A DNA stretch of 63,913 nt, filler included, from Collodictyon triciliatum (Eukaryota): NCBI GenBank assembly GCA_043381765.1. It is 11 parts of 11 records of this genome, joined end to end, with 100 filler letters (N's around TTAATTAATTAA, not from the genome) between each part and the next. Parts side by side here need not be neighbours in the genome. Positions count along the whole stretch, not along the records: positions 40,763 to 46,476 come from JBHJMP010004998.1; positions 46,577 to 52,290 come from JBHJMP010004999.1; positions 52,391 to 58,104 come from JBHJMP010005000.1; positions 58,205 to 63,913 come from JBHJMP010005001.1; 7 more parts are not named here. One strand, given 5' to 3'. Below are positions 45,960 to 58,369 of this stretch, piece after piece; positions within the stretch are counted from its first letter, which is position 1; each line of letters begins with the position of its first letter. The notes under the pieces are model-generated. The model saw nothing but the letters and a program-made list of their open reading frames with translations, was not told the DNA's origin and made no database searches. Made by a program: the position numbers and the translations under genes.

Positions 45960-46310
45960 ATGTCCCACAACGAGCTGATCGACAAACTGTTAGGTATGGC
46001 CAACCTCATAATACCCTCCTCATAAACACAACCTGTGAAGCGTTAAGAGACGTTGGCGGTGAACCCGTTTGTCAACCCCCCTCCTTTTTTTTCAGGAAAA
46101 TTATCACCCGTAAAAATGTTTTTCATCGTATCATTATTATATTATTATCTTTCAGTCGCAAGGTCTGTACGCTTTCACTTCAACTAAACCACACCCACAT
46201 TCAACCTTAGACTTTTGCTCGCAGGATAGCTTCAATAAAGCCTTGGAGACATTTGTAGAGCAGAATGCGTCTTCATTCACCGGCCCGAAGTCTGAGGAGC
46301 ACAAACTGGA
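45960..46310 (+). CDS. BART/ARL2-binding-domain protein, first two exons (truncated)
   Basis: MSHNELIDKLL|DFCSQDSFNKALETFVEQNASSF...EEHKLE; GT-AG intron 45994-46210. Confidence 0.75.
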
Positions 46311-46316
46311 GTAATT

Positions 46317-46476
46317 TATAATCACAATATAATCACAATATAATCACAATATAATCACAATATAATCACAATATAACCACAATATAATCACAATATAATC
46401 ACAATATAATCACAATATAATCACAATATAATCACAATATAATCACAATATAATCACAATATAATCACAATATAAT
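46317..46476. repeat. (TATAATCACAA)n 11-mer minisatellite
   Basis: Direct inspection. Confidence 0.95.
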
Positions 46477-47159
46477 NNNNNNNNNNNNNNNNNNNNNNNN
46501 NNNNNNNNNNNNNNNNNNNNTTAATTAATTAANNNNNNNNNNNNNNNNNNNNNNNNNNNNNNNNNNNNNNNNNNNNTAATAACAATAATAATAACAATAA
46601 TAATAACAATAATAATAACAATAATAATAACAATAATAATAACAATAATAATAACAATAATAATAACAATAATAAATAAATAAATAATCAAAGTAAAAAT
46701 AAAAATAAAATAGTAAGCAGACAGACAAACAAACCATAGAGCCAAGATCAACACCTGACGATACCATGGAATCCATCTGTATCGAGTTTTTACTTTTCTA
46801 TTCATAGAAATCAACCTGACAAACCAGAGGGCCTTGAAATTTGATAAAATCGCGTATCCTGCGTTTAAGACCAGGAGGCGGAGGAAATGCCCGCACATAT
46901 AGACAGACTGCAAGAGGGAAAACTATGATAAAGCAGCTCTGTAAAAGAAATATGCACATATATGTAATAATTGGCTGCTCTACCATATCTTCGCTCAACG
47001 TCCCAAGCCATTTTAAAATTTGTTTTGCGTTCTTCCAAAAATGAAAATTACAAAGGTTTTTGTTGACGCTCAAAATTATATATTTGTATAACATTTAGAT
47101 GTTCGTGTATTCAGGTCTATTACAGCTTATTGAATCATAATTCTTAATCGAAAACGAAT

Positions 47160-47946
47160 CTACAAAAAGTCAAAACATCAACGATGGGGAGAAACACTGG
47201 GCATCACCCACACCCCGCTGACCGCAAGCTGGAGACAACCATGAACCTTGCAAGTCCTCCCAAATCACCGCTCTCTAATGCTTCATATCACCAATAGGGA
47301 GCTGTGGATAGGCACACGCGCGGCAAAAGCTGGCAAAGTCTCCCAACAATGCACACTTTGCAGCAACGGTGATGAATCCATTGAGCACACATTTGTGCAA
47401 TGTCGCTTCGCTCAAAACCTGTGCAGAACAGCCGGTGAGATTCTCCGACTGACACTCAAGACGGCTGCGGTTGTTTGTCCAATCCAGGCGATATTTAGAC
47501 CTCTGCAACAGCTGCGCCCAGATGCAAAAACGCTATGGGCAGTGACGCGAGGCCATTTGCTATGGACTATGTGGATAGCACGCATATATTCACGCAAAGC
47601 AAGACTCAACAACCAGCCACCCATTCCTGATAATAGGTTGAATGACATTATACAAATCTCTTTTCTCAACATCTTCCTTCGCCACCCGCACGTTCTCTAC
47701 TACTCAGACCCTGTGAGAAGAGACATGTGGAAAGAGGCTGAGAAAGAAATTTAAACCTCACCTTGTATCTCTCATGTAAGCACAAGACCCAGGCTACAGG
47801 CCACACAGCAGGATGCAATTGCTGATTACCGACTACTTCTCCGCCACCCGGCCAACAAGTAGCGTCCATGGAAACAATGACTAGCGAACCAAAGCCAACA
47901 TCTCCACCATCTTGCACAAAATTAAAAGGAACAGAAAAAGAAAAAC
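47160..47946 (+). mobile_element. 5'-truncated L1/Tx1-type LINE: zf-RVT C-terminus, 3' UTR and A-rich tail
   Basis: CTLCSNGDESIEHTFVQCRFA (zf-RVT), LLWTMWIAR, upstream in-frame stop; the 3' UTR ends in the family-B sequence. Confidence 0.85.
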
Positions 47947-48216
47947 AATATAGTCTCAGTTGCAAGGTAGAATAAAAAAGAAACAGGCTACGCAGGAAAC
48001 ACATATTGAAGTACGCAAATAAATCAAGAATTTTTAGTCAGATAATCAATCCAGCGATTTCTTAAATATCCGAAACTCATATAGACAAACACATGAAAAA
48101 AACTTTGTGGAGTAGTAGACATGACCGTAGATAATATAGGAAATATCAGAGAAATGGATTAACTGAAATGGTAATACCATCTTTCTGACCGATACAAAAA
48201 AATGGCGAGTAGCATT

Positions 48217-49468
48217 TTATTTTGATTGAGGTAACTTAACGTCGGATTGAACGTTTCTTGAACTTGTAATCAAATCCCTCAATTTAGATTGCAGAGCTAT
48301 CTCAGAATATTGCTCCTTTGATATCCTTCTTACCTCCTATACTCACAAGAAAAAAATATTGAAATATAAAAAGGCTTGTGTTATACGCAAGGTTACACGG
48401 ATGCATTTTCAAAAAGATTGCGATTTAGATTCACTCATTTACTTTTCTCATTATTATCTGAGTGTATCATATGATCGATTTGTCGATGAAATACGATATT
48501 GACTATCTAATTAAGAAGTGGAATTGTTCCTGCCTTCAGATAGATATCTAATCCTATTTTCCCAGCACCCAGAGCAACATCAAGAGCATAGCTATAGTCA
48601 TCCAATGCATTGAAGTCTGCAAGAAGGAAAAAGTTAAGCGAGAGGTTTTGGGGACAGTACTGGGTGATATCGAAAAATATACAGACACGATAAAGAAAAA
48701 GAGGGCGATTTTAAAACAAATCACACAGACAAAAAATTAGTGTAGAAAAATTTTTTAAATATAAGTTACTTGATTTTGATAGAAAGAGTTTGCGGTAAAA
48801 TCCTTCTTGGACGACTAGCCTATCGGACGGTGGCTCATCATGTAATTTTTGCATTTCCGAAACAATGCGATCCAAGCGGCGAGATTCAGAGTTTGCATGG
48901 CTGATTCGTGTTGGTAAATGGGCCTGAAAGGTGTATTTTTTTTTGTTTTTTTTTAAAAAAAAAGAGCAAAAAATCAAATAACTTTGTAAAAGACCTGAAA
49001 TAAAATAATATTCAGTCATAATCAGGTCAAAAGTCACCTTTGCATTTGTAATTTCTGACTTTTTCCACGTGACCTGCTGCCTAGAGTGCGAAAATAAACC
49101 TTCAGAAGCCTGTAAATTCCTTAGCGATTCCTCTATACTCATAATATCCTTTTGGACTATTACCTATGTATTATTATTTTGTCACGGAGTAAGCAACGCT
49201 TTGAAATTGGCATTTTTTTCTCCTCAGAGGCGAGCTAGAATTATGTAGTAGGGATGCAATTTGATGCAATTTGATTTATAATTACGGATGCCCGTTGCTT
49301 AAGTTGGTTGACCAGCTGACTCTTTCGAATTACTTGCTGGTCCAAATAAACCGGTGCTGGACCGTATGACGGCCGGTTGGATGTAGGAGGGTATCCATAT
49401 GTCGCCTTTCATATAGAAGTTAATTTGGTGATGAATACAAATATGATATAATGGGATAATATAACATC

Positions 49469-49566
<98 letters not shown>

Positions 49567-51073
49567 CAGAAATTGAGAAAAGGGTTTATGAGACTTTGTT
49601 GTGGCACAAATGATATCTTGAAATTAAACTTTTTTTTTTAAAAAAAAAAACCTGAGGGTACGGTGGGGGATATGGTGAAGGCGGTTGTGCACTCTGTTGG
49701 TTATAGACATCCGGTTGTTTATACAAGTCATGGTGAGCACTGTCCATTTCGAATTCTGAGGCATAGGGTGATTTTGACGGGCGTGATGATGTCGATCTTG
49801 ACGGATTTGACGCCGCATAAGTAGGGGTGGGTGTGATTCTGAAAAGAAAAAAAATCATAATTAGACATTAGATATAAATTAAAGTAAACATTCTATGTGA
49901 CTGAACTGCACCTATGACCATCATATGTAAGAGTTCAATTTTTCTCAACTCAAGCCAGGGGAAAAATCGAAAGCAAAAACAAAGCCCCTACTATGATTAT
50001 GTTGCTTTTTAAGTCTTTGACTCACGTTATGGGAAAATGAGTGGATAGGTTTTCTGCCATGCGAAACACGAATTCGAGTATTGTCGATTTTTCATCCCAC
50101 TTTGCTAGTTCAGGGGGATTATAGCTTCCATCTTCTCCAACGAATCTGTTCTTCCGATTAATTGTGGTTCCTAAGAATGTAAACCTGGCAGGTTAGTCCA
50201 AATCAGAATAAAGCATCACTTGCATCTTTATTTAGGAGGGTCACTATCGCGACCAGGCACGTTCTGCGTCATCTGAACAATAGAGGAAGACACATACCCT
50301 CTGTGGGTCTGATGTATACTATAGGAGAGGTGTCGGGAAATTCCCAGTTCAAGTACATTTCAACAATTAAAATGCACAAAGATCCTGAAATATTTGATGT
50401 TTTGATAAATAAATATATACATATAAAGAAATTATATAAGGAAATAATATTCAAGAACTGGACAGCATCACAAGCCTCCAAGGGAGAGGCTTCGCATCGC
50501 ATATTACAGTATCTTTCGCATTCATACCAATGACAGCCAAATCAAGGAAGAATATAAAGGTCAAAGAAAAAGAACTCCCGAACGCAAAAGAAGGAAACAA
50601 ACGGTTCAAAAAGGTTAAAAATAATAATGAATTTAATTGATAATAAGTGGCGATGAAAACCTTCGTAGGCCACCTCCAACGGAACCTTCAATGAGATGAG
50701 TTCCCTGTCATTTTGGATCTCCCACAAGACTAGCCGAGCGCATTTGTGCAACCCAATTACGCATTAGTTAAGAAACATAACGAAACATTAAAGACATGTC
50801 CAGATTTTCCATGCCGTTGTGTAATCAACAGCGGGGTTTATTTTTTTTTTTTTGGTTAGCACCAAGAATAGGCGTATCAAAGCACACATGCGTCCGAAAA
50901 AAAAACAGAAGGAAGGGAGAAGATCTCATGAACACAGCCCTCAACCACTTACAAGTATTATCCGAGCTCACTACGATGCCAGGGTAGGCAGCGAGCAACG
51001 ATCTAGTCTGCTCCTCAAGGGCGTCCGGCGTGCGGTAATTTCGGATAAGTTCAGGAAACCTGGAGCGTATCAT
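48217..51073 (-). CDS. TSG101: ESCRT-I subunit TSG101/Vps23, multi-exon
   Basis: UEV domain (YLNWEFPDTSPIVYIRPT, FVGEDG..PELAKW), Pro-rich linker, coiled coil, SB domain (ALDDYSYAL...IGLDIYLKEVRRISKEQY). Confidence 0.82.
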
Positions 51074-51636
51074 GGCAGAGTCCAGTCCAGCCCGGCCTAA
51101 TATACCAACTGGAAACTATCATCATCATGATCATTCTGATCAATATTATTAAATTCAATATTTTATTTTGTGCTTTAAACGCGCGGCAGTTAGTCTCCTT
51201 GGGCCCAAGAGATAAATATCAAGTGGGTTGCATCGAGGGACGGTGGGTTCACAGAGGTTAGCATCCGGGTCTTCTGCGCAAAAGTGATGGCCCTTCTAGT
51301 CTGCTGCAGAGCGAACCAAAGTGTTGGGCGAGTTGCCATCGCATCATGTCTTTTCAGGCTCACGCTCACACTCGCTCCAGATCACTTTGGGTCGCTTCGG
51401 ATCGAAGCTAACTCAGACGGTTCTGCTTGTGCGAAAGGAGGAATGAATCCATCTAGAAAGAAAGAAAAAAATATCTTACAGATATGGTATGATTGCCTGT
51501 ATCAGACAACCAAAATCAGAAGAACGACAAGGCGATTATGTCATCACAGCGACGGAAGGGACAAAAAAAAAAAAGAAGAAAAAAGTTGCCTGTTCGCAAT
51601 CACCCCGCCAAACGCTAATTTGATGCAAACGAGACT

Positions 51637-51690
51637 CGATTAGGTTGCATTTTTCTCCCCTTTATTAGATTCAAAGCGATTTGGTTGCAT
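51637..51690 (-). mobile_element. Micro retro-insertion, family A with TSD
   Basis: 13/14-bp TSD CGATT(A/T)GGTTGCAT around minus-strand CTTTGAATCTAATAAAGGGGAGAAAA. Confidence 0.75.
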
Positions 51691-51747
51691 CTTTATAACT
51701 TTGCTCTTGATGCGATGCAAGAGATGTGAGCGCCTGAGGCAATATAC

Positions 51748-52182
51748 TCAGTTCATAAAGCCGCGACACGATTCAGCACCGCAGTTGCAGGAGAGCTTGT
51801 TTTCAGCATCCAGGTCGAAGAAGTAGTCATACGTGATTTCTTCACCCCGCTTGATACCAGAGTGAGCTATCAAAATAATCCTCTTCTTTCCTTCATACTC
51901 TATTATCTTGGATATGCAGTTTGGCTGTGATGTGTATATGTTAGTGTTAATGTAAAAAGAGAGAAGAAGGAGAGAGAAAAGAGAGATGCGACTTGGTTTC
52001 TTTCACATATCCCGAGACAGACAAGACAGATCACTTGATCAAGTCGCTATTCTGGTATGAATATTATTTGGGTTACCTCACAGGAATGATTGACAAATCG
52101 AGACAAATTCCCTGCTTCTGTGGCATCAACAATATGCCTGTAGTCAAGTCGAAACATATAACATCCTATATTTCTTTCCTGT
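51748..52182 (-). CDS. SET + post-SET domain 3' end (SET1/trithorax-type histone methyltransferase)
   Basis: GCYMFRLD..IVDATEAGNLSRFVNHSC|PNC...GEEITYDYFF...CNCGAESCRGFMN*. Confidence 0.9.
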
Positions 52183-52499
52183 AGACAAAAAAAATGAATG
52201 CCTTTTCATGCCTCTTTCTTAAGATTCACCATGACTTGACATCCCTTAGAAACAACAATACATAATACAAAAAAATACTTAATACAATCANNNNNNNNNN
52301 NNNNNNNNNNNNNNNNNNNNNNNNNNNNNNNNNNTTAATTAATTAANNNNNNNNNNNNNNNNNNNNNNNNNNNNNNNNNNNNNNNNNNNNAGAAAATAGA
52401 AAAGAAAATAGAAAAGAAAATAGAAAAGAAAATAGAAAAGAAAATAGAAAAGAAAATAGAAAAGAAAATAGAAAAGAAAATAGAAAAGAGAATAAGCCC

Positions 52500-55400
52500 A
52501 TGGTTGAGTGAGAAAGGAACGATCTCTTGAGAGAGCTTATCGTTTGCGCAAAGAAATCATAGACAAATGCGGTCATTATCAATTCTTTGGGAATAAGCCC
52601 GCCACGAGCGCACATTGTTCCCTGACATTTCCTTATACCCAATCAACAAACAGGGTACATCATCTTCATCATCACCTTCATCCCCATAATCAGTATTCAT
52701 GCGTCGTGTGCACACCCGGCAAGAACACACGGATCAACTCTAATATTGGATGCATATCTCAGGGGCGACAATTGGCAATCCAGCCGAACTTTGTTATCCT
52801 CCCTGTGATTTCCTTTACTACTATTTTATGATATATGTGAGTGTACACATGCATCCCCTTGACCATCTCTTTTTTTTTTCTTTCTTTTTGGTCATCAGTC
52901 CATCCTCGTAGGCTTATAAGTGTATGCTTTGTGATAGCGATTGCGGCCGAATTATAAGCCTGGGAATCGGACGAGACTTTGCGTTCGATTGGTAAGCGTG
53001 TGTGAGCACAAAGACTGAAGCCCGTCTCTTATGAGTACATGTCACGCAAGAAGCGCAGCGCAGCGAGCTCCACAGAGAACATGGATCCGGATGCTTCATA
53101 CTGCTCCACAGTCGGCATAGGCGTATACAAAACCATCGGAGGCGGAAACGGTGTAAAGTCTAACGGCGCAGCGAGTCGTCCGTTCATATCCAAAGGATTG
53201 TCAATTTTCAGCGGGTTTCTGACGGGTTTGTTCTTGGTTGGCTCTACATCGGGCTCGGTGGCTGCCTCTAGTTTCAGTGATGACTGGTTATCTTTGATGG
53301 ACGGAAAAGGGTGTTTAGATGAGATATCAGGGGAATTTGTTCTCTTTGGGTTGGACAGTTTTTCTCTGGAGGATATCGCTGGTGAATGCTCTTGATTTGG
53401 TTGTTTTGCTGTGGGCAAGGCTGTGGACACGGACCGCGCCTGCTCAAGAAAAAGAAAAAAAAAAGGATTCGAATAGGCCATGAATATTCTAGGGATTAAT
53501 TCTTCAGATTGTCTGTTTTATATTTGCGCTTATCTTATGGATTAATATATACTTTCAAAGATTCTAATGTTTAACAAGGGACAAGGGACAATAAACTGAT
53601 AGAGCTAAATGCAACATAAAGATATAGCAAGCTTCTTACGTCAATTTGCACTGATTGAACACTAGACGTTGAAGCGACTTGTGGTTTGAGTGCGTGATTT
53701 GAATCGGTGGGTGCTATGCTTGAGTTACTTAGAATTTGAAAGCCTGATTTGGAGTGTATAAATCCGTCCCTGGAAGTTTCAGGATAGCGGTTTCGATATT
53801 GGTCGGTATGACTCTAGAATCATATAGAATAGAAGAATGAGTGGTATATTTATACATGAATAATCATAATATTCTTCCCTTCAATTTGTGCAAGACAAAA
53901 TATTTCAATGGATTATTCTTTTACATTTGCATTTAAGAGACTATGAAGATATGACTTTAAACCTGATTAGCCAGCTGATTTAAGGAGGGTAGTTGAAGTC
54001 GATTTTCATTGGATGTATATGGTAGGTTTGATGTGGTGGACATTGCTTTAGTGACTAATGGCGTGCTACCCATCGAATACTATAATTTTTTTTGTTTTTT
54101 GTTTTCAAGTGATATTTTAGAATGCAGGTAAAAGCGAAATTAATTGTTCGCTTGTAAAGTCTTCGAAGCTTTTTTTTTTTCCAATTCGTTCATATATTTT
54201 CTTCCAAATACCTGATTTAAATTATGGTTGTATGATTTTTCTGGTGCAGATGGTGTTTTCAATGAGTCGGACTCTTGATTTTGGGCTTGTGTGGGCATAG
54301 GAACACTTTTTTGTGGTTTCTTGATGGATTTTTGTTGCGGAGACATTGGAGATGTTGAGGGTGCTTGCGAATCTTTAGCACTTTCAATTGGTTGAACAAG
54401 GAATTTGTGTTGAGAAGGAGTTTCAAGCTTCACTGGTTGAATAATGTCCTGATTTGAAGATGAAATTAAGTCTCTACGCAGTTTAAGTAAAATCAAATTA
54501 TCAAATGCAAGAAATAGATAAGAGGAAAAAAGAGAGGAAAAAAAAAAAAAACATGTAGGAAACGGCTACAACCAAATTAGGAATATTTACCGAAGCATGT
54601 GGCTTACAGAACAATTTTAGATACCAAATAAATAAGAAAAAATAAATTGATATATATATATATTCTTGTTTCTTGATTCATTGAAGCCAACCTGCTGCTG
54701 CGGTTGAACAGTAAGGAAGGGAAGACTTGATTTGTGTTCATGGTCTTCAAGACCGAGAAAGTCCTGCCTCTGGGGCCTTGAAAACATTTGGGAACCAGCT
54801 GGTACAGCAGCATAAGATGAGCGAGTGTTGAATGGCGAATTCATGGTATTGATTGACTTTTGTTCTGGCGATTGAAAGAAAGGCGATATGGTGCTTCGAG
54901 AATTTGAAATTGTATTCTCAGATTTCAAAGAATCAGTATGAGAAGAAGCTTGTTGCTGAGTAAGATCGATGATATTGGATGAGAGAGTTTTCTTTTTGGG
55001 GGATGATTTGGCTGCTGGCTCTGAATAATCTGCTGTCCTCTTTCGTGGTGGTTTTTTCATTTGGCTATCAGATTGTGCTGCTGACAAGTTTTTGGCATCG
55101 CTGAAGTCTTGGTTGTCCACTGGTGGCATTAGATGTGGGGTGGTTATCTGTGTGAGGGGACCCGCTTGAGAAGCTGTTTGATGCAGATTTGTCAGACTGG
55201 GTGTTTGCACAGAAACTCTACTTAGGTAGAGATGTGACTGGGGGCGCTGCTGGGTTTGGGGTGACTGAGGCGACTGTAGCGGCTGAGCAGGTTGTTGGGA
55301 TTGCGGTGTTGGTGAAGCTTTGTATGGAGAAGCTTGGGCATGGTATGACTGTAGCGAATGTGGCGAATGGGGATATTGTTGAGGCTGAAGAAATGGGACA

Positions 55401-58039
55401 GATTGTTGAGATTGTGAAGTTGATTGTGGTCGGTAAGTTGTGGGCGGCTGTTGTGAAGAAGGTGCCGGCTGCGGTAATTGCGCCTGCTGGTATGACTGGC
55501 GTTGATTAAATGTGTATCGATAGGCTGAAAATTGTGGCTGCTCAAACACTATTGATTGTGGCCTGATGAGTTGCTCGTGGTGATGCACTTGGGATTGGTG
55601 GGATTGTACATGCGACTGTTGCAATCGCTGAAGTTGCTGAGGTTGCTGAGGTTGCTGAGATTGCTGAGATTGTTGCGATTGTTGCGATTGTTGCGATTGT
55701 TGCGACTGTTGCGGTTGCTGTGGTTGTTGCGGTTGCTTTGATGGGGGTTGGAGCTGTGGAGGTAGCAGTTGTGGGGGTTGGAGCTGGTGGGAGTTGGAGC
55801 TGTGAGAGCTGTATAAAGTTTCGAGGCCATATTGTGGCCTAAGTTGGAGTTGAGGATGGATGGTTGATTTCATAGAATTTTCCGACGCTCTTTCCATCTG
55901 AACATTGTTGAATGAAGCAGGACCAGATTGTTGGGGTGGCTGAGATTGAAAATTATGATGTGAATGTGTTTGAGAGTTTTGGTTAGTATGACTTTGGGCT
56001 TGGGTTAGCGGCTGGGATTGTGCTTGAAGCTGAGACAGTGTTCGAGATTGGAATGGATTGTGTGGTGTATTTAAGGGCGAGCCTTGCGAGCCAGGTGGAT
56101 TTTGGCGCAGCGATTGATCTTGTATGGATTGAGGTTGAAGAGACTGGAGAGATTGGTGGATTTGCTCGTGAGGGGGACGAATAGAGTACATTGCTGACTC
56201 TTCGGGTTGATCTGCCTGTTTTTTCGTTGGGGGATTTTTTTGGTCAAGCAGGGATTGGTTTTGGTGAATTGGAGACAGCTGAGACCGCACTTGTGTGGAA
56301 GGGGATAATTGAGGAGATTGCATTTGAGACTGTGGCTGCGGTGATGGTTGCAGTTGTGCCTGTGGTTGAGCTTGTTGAGGATTTCGATGTGGGTGAAGCA
56401 CTTGAGAATGTTGGTGGGGTGGAAAAAGTGAGGGTGGCTGTAGCTGTGTGGAATATTTGTTAGACTGAGATGTTTCTTGTCCAAGGGGATACATGGGCGG
56501 TCTAGATCCGGTTTGTACTGGAGACTGTGATTGGATGCTCGACGGAGAATGAAGAGGCGGAGGTGGTTGAGGGAGACTATATGGTGAAGATGTCTGTCCT
56601 GAAGTATGTTGTTGACCCCATTTCTGGCTCCCAAACACCGGTGCTGCCACTCCGCCATATGCTGCCGAGGATCCGGCTGCGGGACGATACGAGACAAAAA
56701 CATGAGATGAACTTCCAGGCTGGTCATCATTTGGTGGGTTGTTGCGAGGGGGCGGATTTTCTTGTCCACTTTTTGACTTTCCCTTCACTTTGGGGGTTGG
56801 CTTCTTCTTCCCAGAATCCATGACGAAAGTCTGTTGGGCAGGCTGTAGAGGAGGTGGGGGTTGTGGCTGCAGTTGAGACTGCAGTTGCAGGTGTGGTGCT
56901 TGCTCATGAATTGGTGCCGCACCTTGACCAGGGCGGATAATGTGGTTGGGGCTTTGTTGTTGGGAGACTCCATGGGACGGATGAGTTGCTTGGACTGGTC
57001 TTGTAAGAGAGGGAAATGATGAAAGCGATTGCAGCTGTGATTGAGGTTGACCTGAGCTTTGTACTGGGGGTTGAGATTGAGACAGGGATTGAGATTGGTG
57101 TTGTGGTTTGTTTTCAAATTGATGGTGTGGCTGAGCAAGGATTTGGGGTCGGGATTGGGTTTGGGTTTGGGGTTGGGGTTGGGATTGGGATTGGGATTGG
57201 GATTGGGATTGGGATTGGGATTGGGATTGGGATTGGGATTGGGATTGGGATTGGGATTGGGATTGGGATTGGGATTGAGGTTGGGATTGAGGTTGGAGCT
57301 GAGGTTTGTGTTGAGACAGAGATGGCATATGCGGCTGGAATTGGAATTGGAATTGAAACTGGGACTGGGATTGGGATTGAAACTGAGGTTTAGACTGAGA
57401 TTGGGTATGTGATTGGGACTGAGTATAAGCCTGAGATTCAGATCCAGTCAGTGATTGTGGTTGTGATTGTGATTGTGATTGCGATTGAGGTTGTGGTTGA
57501 GATTGCGATTGTGGTTGATTGGTATCGTCTGTTATTTGCGGGCGAGATGCAAATGACGATATAGCGGAAAGTACATATGGAGGGGGTGGTGTTGGACGTT
57601 GATGTGAATTTTGATGGTAATGGTGCAGTTGTTGCTGGAGATGATCACCACCAATTAGTCTTTGCCCACGCCCTTGTGATGGATGAGATTGCCACACATT
57701 CTGTGCTTGTGCTTGTGCTTGCGCTTGTGCTTGTGCTTGTGCTTGTGCTTGTGCTTGTGCTTGTGCTTGTGCTTGTGCTTGTGCTTGACCTTGTGCTTGA
57801 CCTTGTGCTTGACCTTGTGCTTGTGCTTGCCCTTGTACTTGCCCTTGCCCTTGTACTTGCCCTTGTACTTGCCCCTGTATTTGTCCTGCAGCGGGCTGGC
57901 TCATGGCTTCTAAAAGTTTTGTAGATAAATTCAAGGCATTTTCTTTCATAGTATCGAAGAATTTCTCATATAGCTCTGGCATGGTGCATGAACTTGGTGG
58001 GTTGATAGATCGTCCTATAGGTTCGACTCGACCGTGCAA
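52500..58039 (-). CDS. Large Gln/Ser/Pro-rich low-complexity protein, multi-exon, incomplete
   Basis: 1140-codon ORF with QA/QS/QP repeats and an NLS-like KKPPRKR; further downstream exons at ~54140-54480 and 53029-53440. Confidence 0.65.
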
Positions 58040-58369
58040 AAGTGAGAGCTGTGGACCCGAGTAGTTTTTGGAGGCAGAAAAGAGAAAAGAAGAAAAAAGA
58101 AAAGNNNNNNNNNNNNNNNNNNNNNNNNNNNNNNNNNNNNNNNNNNNNTTAATTAATTAANNNNNNNNNNNNNNNNNNNNNNNNNNNNNNNNNNNNNNNN
58201 NNNNAAAAGTAAAAAGTAAAAAGTAAAAAGTAAAAAGTAAAAAGTAAAAAGTAAAAAGTAAAAAGTAAAAAGTAAAAAGTAAAAAGTAAAAAGTAAAAAG
58301 TAAAAAGTAAAAAGTAAAAAGGGAAAAGAGCATGTTTGCATTTAATGGTCTTTATACTATTAGAAATGT

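Noticed and set aside
46317-46476. Regular repeat array as CRISPR
   Set aside because: Head-to-tail 11-mers with no spacers in a eukaryotic intron.
57181-57290. (GGGATT)n as an interstitial telomere
   Set aside because: It is not a permutation of TTAGGG/CCCTAA and it encodes the Gln-Ser repeat of the long ORF.
51748-58039. Joining the Q-rich protein to the SET domain as one gene
   Set aside because: They are separated by a contig linker, so adjacency is artificial.
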